Below, in pieces: positions 21,873 through 31,035 of a stretch of 64,000 bases of DNA (position 1 is the first letter of the stretch; the number at the start of each line of letters is the position of its first letter). Below the pieces are notes generated by a model that worked only from the letters and a program-made list of their open reading frames with translations, had not been told where the DNA came from and searched no databases. Made by a program: the position numbers and the translations under genes. Source of the stretch: Escherichia phage ELT1; the sequence record MZ892903.1; one strand, written 5' to 3'.

Positions 21873-21926
21873 TCCTCATGTTATGTCAGTAAGTCTACTA
21901 TAACACAACACGAGGGACTTGTAAAC
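21873..21926 (-). repeat. 54-bp early-promoter/5'UTR cassette, copy 1 (identical to 35691..35744)
   Basis: Exact 54-bp match; minus strand reads GTTTAC (-35) ... TATAGT (-10) ... GAGGA. Confidence 0.7.
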
Positions 21927-22286
21927 TACATTTTGAACTTTTTAGTACGCGTAATAGGCATGCGTCGATTTTATACTGTTTCATTGTTTGAAGAGCAGTA
22001 TCAAAAACAGCATTAATGACACCAATTGGATTTCCACCCAAGTTTTTAAGTTTAACTAATGATAGTTTCTCATTAACACCTATCATTACGATATGCATCA
22101 TTTTATCGCCTGGCTTAACGTTTTATCTGTATCATCGCCAGAGGTGTATGTACAAAATCTAAATCCAGGAAGCACGCTTTCTTCGCCGGCTTGAATAGCA
22201 AAAATTTGTGGTATTTTATGCTTAGGATTTAAGTTAACAACCGGCGCCGAAGCGCCGTCAAATAATTATGTAATAAGTTCCATGAT
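21898..22286 (-). pseudogene. Decayed partial duplicate of the alt 5' region
   Basis: Nucleotide and protein similarity to alt N-terminal region; initial frame stops after 5 codons (MELIT*); a residual 67-aa ORF (21898..22101) aligns to Alt about residues 64-128. Confidence 0.6.
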
Positions 22287-24383
22287 TTATCCTTGAACGA
22301 ACTTGTAAGGCATGTTTGCAATATCTATGCAAGATGCAATAATTCCAAGAGATGATTCTACTTTTTGTTTAACATTTGATGAAACAAATGATGCAAAGTC
22401 AACTCTGTCTTCTATTTCAATATCACCTGTCATTGCAACTACTTCACCAGTTTCCATTAGACGGTCACCGTCATAAATGACTGATTCGGTGAGTTCTTCC
22501 GTAGTCATAACTTCAGCTTGAATGAGTTTTGTATTATTAGATGTTGTTCCGTCATTATTAGAAGCATCAGTTATTTTATTAACTTTGACCATCAATCCAC
22601 GTGGTAGAATAACTTCAGCTTCTGTTGCTATTCCGAGACTTCCTGGATATACAACATTAACTTTATGAGCTCCATCAATTGCCCATCCTATTTGAACTTT
22701 AACGTATTCAGGATTTTCTTTATACGCTCTTATTTCGTTTGGATTAATAGTTATTCCTTCTTCATTTTTATCAACTGTCAATTCATTACGAGCTTCTGGT
22801 TCTAAAAGACCGATACCAGCATGTGTAATTCCAAAACGTCCAAAAATGATAGGAGTTAAAGAAGTAGATACAAAATTTCTGAAATAGAACACTTTATTTT
22901 TAACTAGCGCTTCGTATATAGGAGCAGTCATACTTTGAGCACGATAAACTGTAATGCCTTCTGGTATACGGTCACCATTTTCAAAAGCTGAATCTAAATT
23001 ATTTATCGCAGATTCAATTTCTTTTTCACTCATTACATCATATCGTGCTGGATTGTAGCGGCCTAAAAGAAGATTATTGATGTCAGTATATCCTGAACCG
23101 CAATATTCTCTAATGCCACGCTTTTGTGATGGAGTATATTTAGAACCATCGCGGGCAATAGTAATATCAATCATTGGACCAGCACCAATTCCAGAAAAGC
23201 TATAAATCATTCGTTTGAGGAATTTAGTTTTTGCTGCATTCCAGGCATTTTTAGTTATTTCTCCCCAGACTTCATCTGATTGCCCTTTACGAGTTTTATT
23301 ATGTTTATCAAGCCAAGTATCTTTATATTCTTCAAAGAATTTATTAATAGCTGCTGCATACTTCTCTAAACATTTTATTGAAGTAGTTGGTTCATTTTTA
23401 ATCGCATTAAGAATTACATCTTTAATTTTTTCAGAAACTTCACCAACCTCACTCATTGGAAAGAATTTATAGTCATAATGAAGTTCATCTGCAGTTCCTT
23501 CAGCAATAATTTTTGCTGCCTTAGTTTTAGAAGCTAATGAATTAATTCCAAGCTTCATTTCTTCTGCTTCGGGAATTAAAGGAGCTGTAGCAGGTTTATT
23601 GAAATTAGCTGCGGTAGATTCATATTTCTGGAATAATTCGCTTTCATTACGATAAGATTCTAACGATTGACTTGCCGCAATTGCTCTACGTGAAATTTTA
23701 ACTTTAACGATTACAGCTTGGTCAGAACGTTTATCATTTTCTTGCGCAATAGATGCTGCAATTGCCTCATTTTTAGTTACTTGAGCTCCAGTATCTTTAT
23801 TGATATAAACATCACCGACCTTCGATTCAACCTTAGTAAAGAGCTCGGTACTAATTTCCGGAACTCCTGGAATGTCTTCTAGTGATACATTTTTGCGATG
23901 TATAAGAATATATGCATACTTTTTATCATAATCCCAGAGTTCCTTAAGAAGGACGTATCTGCCACCTGAACGACTACGGATAAGTCTATCAGCAATAACT
24001 TGAATTTGTCGAGCTTGACCAGCGGTTTTAGACTTAAGAATACGAAGCATACAAGCATCAATTTTATACTGACGCATCGTTTGCATTGCAACAGTAAAAA
24101 CCGAATTGATATAATTAATTGGGCTTGGACCAAGACCTTTCAATTTAGCAATTGAACCTTTAGCGGTTAATGTAAAAGGAACAATATGCATCATTTTATC
24201 GCCCATCTTTAAATCACGATTAGTATCACCTCCAGATGTATAGGTACATAAACGAAAGCCCGGTTGTTCAATTGCATCATCAACATGAACTGAAAAAATT
24301 TGCGGTATTTTCTTCTTTGGATTTAAGTTTGTAATTGGAAGAGTAGTATCTTCGTCAAATAATTCTGTAATTAGTTCCATCAT
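22287..24383 (-). CDS. alt: Alt ADP-ribosyltransferase (virion-packaged)
   Basis: 698-aa ORF; N-terminus MMELITELFDE and overall sequence match T4 Alt as recalled (T4 about 682 aa). Confidence 0.9.
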   Translation of the reverse strand: MMELITELFDEDTTLPITNLNPKKKIPQIFSVHVDDAIEQPGFRLCTYTSGGDTNRDLKMGDKMMHIVPFTLTAKGSIAKLKGLGPSPINYINSVFTVAMQTMRQYKIDACMLRILKSKTAGQARQIQVIADRLIRSRSGGRYVLLKELWDYDKKYAYILIHRKNVSLEDIPGVPEISTELFTKVESKVGDVYINKDTGAQVTKNEAIAASIAQENDKRSDQAVIVKVKISRRAIAASQSLESYRNESELFQKYESTAANFNKPATAPLIPEAEEMKLGINSLASKTKAAKIIAEGTADELHYDYKFFPMSEVGEVSEKIKDVILNAIKNEPTTSIKCLEKYAAAINKFFEEYKDTWLDKHNKTRKGQSDEVWGEITKNAWNAAKTKFLKRMIYSFSGIGAGPMIDITIARDGSKYTPSQKRGIREYCGSGYTDINNLLLGRYNPARYDVMSEKEIESAINNLDSAFENGDRIPEGITVYRAQSMTAPIYEALVKNKVFYFRNFVSTSLTPIIFGRFGITHAGIGLLEPEARNELTVDKNEEGITINPNEIRAYKENPEYVKVQIGWAIDGAHKVNVVYPGSLGIATEAEVILPRGLMVKVNKITDASNNDGTTSNNTKLIQAEVMTTEELTESVIYDGDRLMETGEVVAMTGDIEIEDRVDFASFVSSNVKQKVESSLGIIASCIDIANMPYKFVQG

Positions 24384-24403
24384 ATCCTCTCTAGTGTTTA
24401 TTC

Positions 24404-24411
24404 TATTTATA
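24404..24411 (-). promoter_or_regulatory. T4-type late promoter core (TATAAATA on minus strand) upstream of alt
   Basis: Plus-strand tatttata about 20 bp upstream of alt ATG. Confidence 0.5.
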
Positions 24412-24417
24412 AATTAA

Positions 24418-24431
24418 AGGCCCGAAGGCCT
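24418..24431. terminator. Stem-loop aggcc-cgaa-ggcct
   Basis: Perfect inverted repeat just downstream of the 62-aa ORF. Confidence 0.45.
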
Positions 24432-24620
24432 TTAATAATCTAATGGTAAGAGAGTACGATATATTTCAAACTTTGGCCCTTTTTCATAGGCATCAAATGT
24501 TTCTGTAAATTTATTATAAGCGTATGCATCTACAAATTCGAGAATGACTTGTGATACAGAAGTAGAAACATCTCCACCTTCTTTTTGAGCAATGACAATT
24601 GTTTCTAAGTAAGCTTTCAT
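24432..24620 (-). CDS. Hypothetical protein
   Basis: 62-aa ORF; start overlaps DNA ligase stop. Confidence 0.5.
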   Translation of the reverse strand: MKAYLETIVIAQKEGGDVSTSVSQVILEFVDAYAYNKFTETFDAYEKGPKFEIYRTLLPLDY

Positions 24621-26080
24621 AGACCAGTTACCTCATGAAAATCACCAAATACATCCTCGAACGTATTAGCTTTAGTTTTATCTTCGCGTAAACGAATCGC
24701 AATCGGAAGAAATAATTTAACGTAATCAGTGCGGCCATCAGATTTTAACCAACCGTTGCATTCGCACTCTAGAATTTTTCCAATATAATAATTTTGGTTT
24801 TCCATAATGCGAGTACGGTCAAGTTCATGCGATTTTACACCGGCTTTATCTTTTAAGCCTGAACCAGCATTTACCTTAATTTTTCCACACTCTGACTCAA
24901 GAATAAATCCACCTGCTTTAGTAGGGTCTTTACGGTGAGGATAAATTCCTACAATTTTTAAATCAACATCAATTACTTCTTTAAATTTATAAAGATTTTT
25001 TGAACGGGCATTTTCCCATAACCCATCAACGTTTTTGAGAATAATACCTTCAAGACCTTGGTCAATATACTTTTTATAAATTACCTTGGCTTCGTCTAGG
25101 TTATTTACTACCTGGTTTTCAATTAAAATTACTTTATCATATCCTGATGTCATTTGTTCTAGTTTAGAAAAACGTACATCATATTTTAAACGAAACGTCG
25201 GAAGACCGTATATTTCTACCAACGGAACATAATCCCAGACCTGAAACTTCATGCATTGAGCTTCTTTTTCAGAAATGGTTCCCTTTAAAGATTTATTAGC
25301 GATTCCATTAGAAGTAGTACGTGATTCAGCTACTTCGGCGAATTCTTTGGCTTTACTAATTTCAGGATAAGCATCAAAAAGAAAATCTAGGCCTTCTGGC
25401 TCCTTTTTAACTTGCTCATGGTATACCAATTCGCCATCAATTAACACGCCTTCTGGATGAATCTGGCGGGCTTCTGCAGTCATTTTGATTAATTCTTCCT
25501 TAAGAAGATCTAATCCTAGATATTCATTACCGGCTCGTGATAAAAGACGAACATCATCTAATTCATCACCTCTGACTTCGGCAAAGCACCGAGCCCCATC
25601 AGCTTTTAACTGGGCAAAGGCTGGAAACTTGATATTCTTACTAATGCCTTTTTCATCATAAGAACTTGCCAGCATTTGAGGTTGTTCAGGAATTAAACCT
25701 GGCCAAACTTTGTTTGCAATAGATACTGAAGCACCGCATTCAAGGTCTCGCATCATCACCCGACGCAAAACTTCAACATCATCTTTTTTACCATCGGTGA
25801 TATATCCAGTTAATTCCTCAATTGCTGCATTTCCAGTCAATTTCCGAGTAGCTAATGTGAATTCAATGAAGTCAAGCATATCGGTAAGAGTCAACATTCC
25901 AAAACTCTGGGTAGCAATACCAGGTTTAGGCCATTTCTTGATATAATACTGCAGCCCACGAGAATAAGTCAGACGATATACTCGTTTAAGCAATTCATTA
26001 TCTTTATTCTTTTCAAGAATTGCTTGCTTCTGCTTAGTTGAACCAATAGATGCTATTTCGTTCAGAATTTTAAGAATCAT
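24617..26080 (-). CDS. 30: ATP-dependent DNA ligase
   Basis: 487-aa ORF; KxDG adenylation motif (LKADGARC); length matches T4 DNA ligase. Confidence 0.95.
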   Translation of the reverse strand: MILKILNEIASIGSTKQKQAILEKNKDNELLKRVYRLTYSRGLQYYIKKWPKPGIATQSFGMLTLTDMLDFIEFTLATRKLTGNAAIEELTGYITDGKKDDVEVLRRVMMRDLECGASVSIANKVWPGLIPEQPQMLASSYDEKGISKNIKFPAFAQLKADGARCFAEVRGDELDDVRLLSRAGNEYLGLDLLKEELIKMTAEARQIHPEGVLIDGELVYHEQVKKEPEGLDFLFDAYPEISKAKEFAEVAESRTTSNGIANKSLKGTISEKEAQCMKFQVWDYVPLVEIYGLPTFRLKYDVRFSKLEQMTSGYDKVILIENQVVNNLDEAKVIYKKYIDQGLEGIILKNVDGLWENARSKNLYKFKEVIDVDLKIVGIYPHRKDPTKAGGFILESECGKIKVNAGSGLKDKAGVKSHELDRTRIMENQNYYIGKILECECNGWLKSDGRTDYVKLFLPIAIRLREDKTKANTFEDVFGDFHEVTGL

Positions 26081-26346
26081 TGTTCATCCTTCAGAGTTTG
26101 GTTTACAGCTCTATTATAAATCAATTCATCATTAAGCTCAGTCAAAGACTTATGATATGTGGTTCTAACTTTATTTCCTTGCATCCAGTGCTTGATATAA
26201 ATGAAACCTTGCTCTACGCATTTTTTAAAAATTCGTTCGTCTTTTTGAGCTCGGAATTCTGGATTGCATCTAAAAAATTGATTTACGTGACCGTAATCAC
26301 GTGTAGTATTACCTTCATTTTCATAAATAGTGTGAACAACAAACAT
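26077..26346 (-). CDS. Hypothetical protein (30.1 position)
   Basis: 89-aa ORF, overlaps neighbours by 4 nt. Confidence 0.5.
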   Translation of the reverse strand: MFVVHTIYENEGNTTRDYGHVNQFFRCNPEFRAQKDERIFKKCVEQGFIYIKHWMQGNKVRTTYHKSLTELNDELIYNRAVNQTLKDEQ

Positions 26347-27185
26347 TAGAATGCTCCTTGGAAAATATTATCACCACAAGTAGGTCTATTATACAAATAC
26401 TCTATACCGCCGGGTTTAATATAGTTCCATGTCTGAAACGGATGTGTCTGATATGGATGATATAGATGATTATAAGGATTTAATCCAGGCGTTCTCCAGG
26501 TAGTGTTCCAAGGAAAAGAATCGTTTTTAACCATCTTCTCAATTAAATCTTTTATAGCTTTTTCACTATCAAAACTTTCTTTATTTTCCTTCGGCGAAAA
26601 AAGCTTATTTTCTACATCATTCCATGTATAAACTCGCTGCGCAGTTTTTGGAATACTGTCACGTTCCCCTCGAGCCATCCAATAAACTGGAACATTTAAT
26701 ATTTCACTCGCATGATCGCAGTGATGAGCGAGATCGTCAATATAACAAATTACGTTATATTTCTCTTTTGCCTTTTTGAACAGCTCTTCTTTTGAAGAAT
26801 CATGACCACACATCATTACTTCTGAGAAGGCACCAGGAAAAAGAGCATTCAAATTAAATTGACGATTCAACAGAGCGTCAATAGAATCACCCAGTGCTGT
26901 AACAGCTACAAAATTATAATCTTCTTTTAATTTGTTAATTACACACAGAGCATCTTTATATGGAGACAAGTAACGAATAAAATCTGAACGATTGTATTTT
27001 TCAATTAACTTGACACCAAGTTCTTCATCACAATTAAAGAGTTTACCTGGAGAAATAAATTTCTCATCTTGGATCATTTTTAAAATATGTTCTAATGGAA
27101 GATTATATTTCTGAGCAAAATAAGGAAGACCTGATTGCCAGCTTAAACATACTCCATCAATATCAGTTAAAATAGTAGGCTTCAT
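26346..27185 (-). CDS. HAD-superfamily hydrolase-like protein (30.2 position)
   Basis: 279-aa ORF with N-terminal DxDGV motif (LTDIDGV), typical of HAD phosphatase motif I. Confidence 0.6.
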   Translation of the reverse strand: MKPTILTDIDGVCLSWQSGLPYFAQKYNLPLEHILKMIQDEKFISPGKLFNCDEELGVKLIEKYNRSDFIRYLSPYKDALCVINKLKEDYNFVAVTALGDSIDALLNRQFNLNALFPGAFSEVMMCGHDSSKEELFKKAKEKYNVICYIDDLAHHCDHASEILNVPVYWMARGERDSIPKTAQRVYTWNDVENKLFSPKENKESFDSEKAIKDLIEKMVKNDSFPWNTTWRTPGLNPYNHLYHPYQTHPFQTWNYIKPGGIEYLYNRPTCGDNIFQGAF

Positions 27186-27646
27186 AGAGAGTCTCTTAAT
27201 AGGTTTAACACATCAATAAATTCAGCTTCGGTTAGTATTGTATCATCTTTTGTTAGACCACTAGCCATGCTGTGCTTCAAAACTTTTCCTTTCGAGGCTT
27301 GTAATGCATCACGAAAGCCCTTGTTTTGAATCGCTGCTTCAAAATATGCATTTGTGTATAATTCTTTCCACGCCGGGGAGTATCTTGAAAACGGAACTCC
27401 AAGCCAGAAGAGGGTCCCACGGTCCTGAGCTCTAGCATAAGACCTTCCAGCTTGTTGAGCGGCAAGCCCGGATAACCCAAATATACGACGTTGTTGTTCA
27501 ACATTTTTCACCTTGCACCCTTGGAGGAATCCTTCAAGACCTCCAAATTGAATACCATCCATAACGAAAGGCCATTGGGCGAAATTACTTAATGCACATG
27601 ATGGCCACCTAAAATTGCTTCTAATCTCTAACTCAGACATTTTCAA
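27182..27646 (-). CDS. NADAR/YbiA-like (DUF1768-type) protein (30.3 position)
   Basis: 154-aa ORF with LSNF...E..LQ..K pattern resembling the NADAR family; assignment from motif recall, not a search. Confidence 0.55.
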   Translation of the reverse strand: MKMSELEIRSNFRWPSCALSNFAQWPFVMDGIQFGGLEGFLQGCKVKNVEQQRRIFGLSGLAAQQAGRSYARAQDRGTLFWLGVPFSRYSPAWKELYTNAYFEAAIQNKGFRDALQASKGKVLKHSMASGLTKDDTILTEAEFIDVLNLLRDSL

Positions 27647-27839
27647 TGCTTATAATTTCAACATCAGCCCAATGACCATAGCAAGGAAGACGAAATTCAA
27701 CTGGCCAGTTAGGGTCCTTTTCTAATATAATAGACTCAACTCGTGGTTCTTCATGTTCATCAGTATATGGATTTTTATCCGTTACTTTATATGTGACCTT
27801 AATGTACTGAATTCCAAAAATCTTATTAATTATATTCAT
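27633..27839 (-). CDS. Hypothetical protein
   Basis: 68-aa ORF in operon context. Confidence 0.45.
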   Translation of the reverse strand: MNIINKIFGIQYIKVTYKVTDKNPYTDEHEEPRVESIILEKDPNWPVEFRLPCYGHWADVEIISIENV

Positions 27840-28033
27840 ACTAATTCCTTTAATCCGTAAATAGGAGATAATTCATCACCCATACGAAGGTCTTCATTTC
27901 CATCTACCCAGGAAACAATATAAGCCTCTTTTATTTGAATACCACTCCATTTAAATGGAGGTAGAACCTTAGAAATTAATCCAGGTATACCAACTCCCTT
28001 TAATTCAACAGTTTGACCTAAAAAGAATTTCAT
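27836..28033 (-). CDS. Hypothetical protein
   Basis: 65-aa ORF, 4-nt overlaps with neighbours. Confidence 0.45.
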   Translation of the reverse strand: MKFFLGQTVELKGVGIPGLISKVLPPFKWSGIQIKEAYIVSWVDGNEDLRMGDELSPIYGLKELV

Positions 28034-28320
28034 TAGAACCTCATCTGAAAGCCATGTGATTTAACATTACCGCCGCCAATATCAGAAATGTTAATTTCAC
28101 GCGCAATTGAAGGGTCAATGTCAATTTCACGATTGAGTTTAGCGATAGCTAAAGTATCGCGCCCATTTACAGTACGGAACTCTAAAGGACAGACTACATT
28201 AACATAGTTTTTAATCGATTCACTGGTAGGTTGCAAATGAGCAGGAAGGTCTTTAGGCGCCTTTGAGAAAACCACTTCACAGAAATTTTTGCGGGTGTCA
28301 AAATAAGTAGTCATAAACAT
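28033..28320 (-). CDS. Hypothetical protein
   Basis: 95-aa ORF. Confidence 0.5.
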   Translation of the reverse strand: MFMTTYFDTRKNFCEVVFSKAPKDLPAHLQPTSESIKNYVNVVCPLEFRTVNGRDTLAIAKLNREIDIDPSIAREINISDIGGGNVKSHGFQMRF

Positions 28321-28359
28321 AGTATTTTCCTCAATAGGGGCCGAAGACCCTGTTTTATT

Positions 28360-28725
28360 TTAAATATCAAATTCGTTAAGAACTACATCAAAGATTGCTT
28401 CAAGATGCTCAGGTTTAGCTCTGTTACTCAAAATATGACGAATCCAAGTTTTAACCAGAAGCTTACGATTGACGCCATTCCAGCAAGGATGAGTACCTAA
28501 ATCGCGTTGACGGAAATCATCATCTAATGCGATTTTAAAAGAAGAACCTTCTTTCGTGATTGAAACCGTGATGCCATTTTCAAATCGCATATAAACGTAA
28601 TTAGGAGTCATATACTGTTCAATTTCGCATACTGATCCATTTTGATGTTTCCAAAGGCAGATAGTATCAATAGAACCTGCAATACCGTTAGAAACATATT
28701 TACGTTCAAAGTTGATGTAGTTCAT
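28360..28725 (-). CDS. Hypothetical protein
   Basis: 121-aa ORF. Confidence 0.55.
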   Translation of the reverse strand: MNYINFERKYVSNGIAGSIDTICLWKHQNGSVCEIEQYMTPNYVYMRFENGITVSITKEGSSFKIALDDDFRQRDLGTHPCWNGVNRKLLVKTWIRHILSNRAKPEHLEAIFDVVLNEFDI

Positions 28726-28793
28726 TTTTATTCTCCGAGATGTTTAATTGCGGTACAGGTATATAATATCATATCCTGTACCAAAGTAAACAA

Positions 28794-29126
28794 TTATTTT
28801 ACTACTTTCCAGTGCTGCATGTCAAGTTTACCAACTTTTTTCATCTTCTCAATTAAGCGTTCGGCACGTTGGCGCGCTGTAACATAATACCATTCACCTA
28901 ATTCATTTTGTTCAATTTTTCCAACGATTACTGTATTCAATTCATAAATCCAACCAGTAAAGAAATTATGAACTTGAATTGTAAAGGTGAAATCTGTTCC
29001 CATACCTTCTGTTGTTTCCACTTCAATAATATCACCTTCAACTGCCATTAAGAACCACATAGTTTCATCATATTTACCATTGAAACATTTAGTTTTAACT
29101 GTAGCGTTCAGATTAATCGTTTTCAT
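28794..29126 (-). CDS. Hypothetical protein
   Basis: 110-aa ORF. Confidence 0.55.
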   Translation of the reverse strand: MKTINLNATVKTKCFNGKYDETMWFLMAVEGDIIEVETTEGMGTDFTFTIQVHNFFTGWIYELNTVIVGKIEQNELGEWYYVTARQRAERLIEKMKKVGKLDMQHWKVVK

Positions 29127-29212
29127 TTTATTCTCCTTTGTTTGTGTAAGATAATACTATCACAAAGGAACCATACTGTAAACAACTTTGTGCAATCTTT
29201 GGAAAATAAAAA

Positions 29213-29232
29213 AGGACTCCCGAAGGAGTCCT
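29213..29232. terminator. Stem-loop aggactcc-cgaa-ggagtcct
   Basis: 8-bp perfect stem just downstream of the small basic ORF. Confidence 0.5.
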
Positions 29233-29236
29233 CAAC

Positions 29237-29413
29237 TTATGCTTTCTGCTTACCAAAACGAGAAGCATCATCTCGAAGAACCGCACGTGCTCGGCGCATG
29301 ATCTTCTCAACAGTTTGATTGATACGAGAGTTCGACCCACGCTTGTAACCAGCGCGTTTAGAATCACCAACTTTCTTTTCAACTGCTTTCTTTGCTTTAG
29401 CTTGTTTTGCCAT
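29237..29413 (-). CDS. Small basic protein, 58 aa (30.9 position)
   Basis: MAKQAKAKKAVEKK...; start chosen at the ATG after an AT-rich leader (track start 29455 is further upstream). Confidence 0.5.
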   Translation of the reverse strand: MAKQAKAKKAVEKKVGDSKRAGYKRGSNSRINQTVEKIMRRARAVLRDDASRFGKQKA

Positions 29414-29701
29414 TATAAATTCTCTTTTAAATGAAAATGCAGGACTTATTGGCATTGCCTGCGAAAGCCCTCAAGGGGTACTTAGGTTTTGAATATTTAC
29501 CGACAGGATAACCATAAACCTCGTCAACATACCACCAAGACTTACACAGATAACACTTTTCTGACGCATGATAGTAACATTCAAGAGGTACACCGTAAAA
29601 CTGCCGGGGTCTTAAAACTATAATGATTCGCAAATCATCAATCAGACAGTTCGACGGCTCCTCGATTTTAGCTCACACTAAGGCAGTGAATCTCCAGTAA
29701 A

Positions 29702-29950
29702 TTACTTCAGTGTTACCACAAAGTGACGAACTGCTTTTCGTGCAGCAGAAGCCAGAGGCTTAGCATATTTAAGTTCATCTTTTTCCTGAAGCTCAGCAGC
29801 TAATGCAGTTTGAGCAGGATTCAGATGTTTGAAATAACGCAGGATTTCAAGAGCTTCGGCTTCAACATCAATAGATGCGCCATAGTTTTCGTGACCATTA
29901 TTCCATGCGTTTCGTTGCAGTTCAAGAGCGTGTTGTAGTTGTTTAATCAT
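29702..29950 (-). CDS. rIII: rIII lysis-inhibition accessory protein
   Basis: 82-aa ORF; length and position between 30-region ORFs and gene 31 match T4 rIII. Confidence 0.8.
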   Translation of the reverse strand: MIKQLQHALELQRNAWNNGHENYGASIDVEAEALEILRYFKHLNPAQTALAAELQEKDELKYAKPLASAARKAVRHFVVTLK

Positions 29951-30089
29951 TTAAAAATTCTCGTTAGAGATTAAAACTCGGTAGTCACGTTCTTCTGAAT
30001 TTCATCTTCTTTCGACAGATCTCTCAGTTGTAGACTACCACGTAGAATTGTTCGGTTAACTTATTATTCCGACACCCAATTCATATTAT

Positions 30090-30097
30090 TATTTATA
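30090..30097 (-). promoter_or_regulatory. Late-promoter-like TATAAATA on minus strand upstream of rIII
   Basis: Plus-strand tatttata. Confidence 0.35.
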
Positions 30098-30433
30098 TCA
30101 CTTATAAAGACACGGAATAGCTTTATAGTGACAAGTGACGAATTTTTGTTTAATTTCTTTTGGCTGCTTAAGACCCAGAGCTACAAAAGGATGCGGAACG
30201 TTTCGAATTTGACCAACTGGCAGAGAAGTCAAATCACCAACTTCGCAGAAACCTTCAGGAACATCAGGACCAACAGAGTGAACTACACACAGTTCAGGAA
30301 CTTCACCTTGAACACGTTTACCGATAATAAGTCCTGATTCTGTAACTTCTTCATCACCGGCTTGTGCAGGTTCAGAAACTAAAATAACATATTCACCGAC
30401 AGCACGAATTGGTAGCTGTTGTACTTCAGACAT
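30098..30433 (-). CDS. 31: gp31 co-chaperonin (GroES-like)
   Basis: 111-aa ORF; length matches T4 gp31. Confidence 0.9.
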
Positions 30434-30489
30434 CGTTTTTCCTTTTTGTTAACAGATGAATTAATAATAACAAATAATTCTTAAAGCAT

Positions 30490-30798
30490 TTATTTACCAA
30501 TAAATTGAAGCAAATGCTCAACTTTCATACCATTAACGGAAATCAATTTATCAATAGAAAAACCTCGCCATGCACCGAGTTCAACATCAAATACCGGAAT
30601 CATATCAGTAGATTCTTTCCGAGCACATTCAGTCAATTTACCAGTTTGCATGGTTGGCATAAAGTCCGCATCACGAGTGCCTTTCATAGTACGAATAGTA
30701 CCATCAGACTTTTCAAAAACTACGTTTGAAACCCCCATGGACAATTTAGTTTTCAAAATTTCACGAATTGCTACTTTTTGTTCAGTTGTCAGTTTCAT
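30490..30798 (-). CDS. Hypothetical protein (31.1 position)
   Basis: 102-aa ORF. Confidence 0.55.
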   Translation of the reverse strand: MKLTTEQKVAIREILKTKLSMGVSNVVFEKSDGTIRTMKGTRDADFMPTMQTGKLTECARKESTDMIPVFDVELGAWRGFSIDKLISVNGMKVEHLLQFIGK

Positions 30799-31035
30799 TT
30801 ATTTACCTATTACAGTTTTAATATGAGTTGTTCCACGTTCTTTAAGAGTGGAAAGCAATTTTTGACATTTTTCTAAATCAGATTTCCAACTATACGGCCT
30901 ATCAATGCAAACCCATTCTGACTTATAATACTGTTTCCATTTAGAGAAAAAATATTTCTTATACTCTACAGCAAATGAAATGTTCTCGTTAGAATAAGAA
31001 CTAATTGCTGTGAGCTGTACCAAACGAAATTTCAT
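30799..31035 (-). CDS. Hypothetical protein (31.2 position)
   Basis: 78-aa ORF. Confidence 0.5.
   Translation of the reverse strand: MKFRLVQLTAISSYSNENISFAVEYKKYFFSKWKQYYKSEWVCIDRPYSWKSDLEKCQKLLSTLKERGTTHIKTVIGK

Noticed and set aside
29128-29382. 84-aa minus-strand ORF overlapping the small basic ORF and a terminator hairpin
   Set aside because: Overlaps a better-supported ORF in another frame and runs through the stem-loop at 29213..29232; likely spurious.
29951-30089. 7-bp inverted repeat (ggtagtc ... gactacc) enclosing about 45 nt upstream of rIII
   Set aside because: Long loop and short stem; could be a regulatory hairpin but is too weak to call without transcript data.
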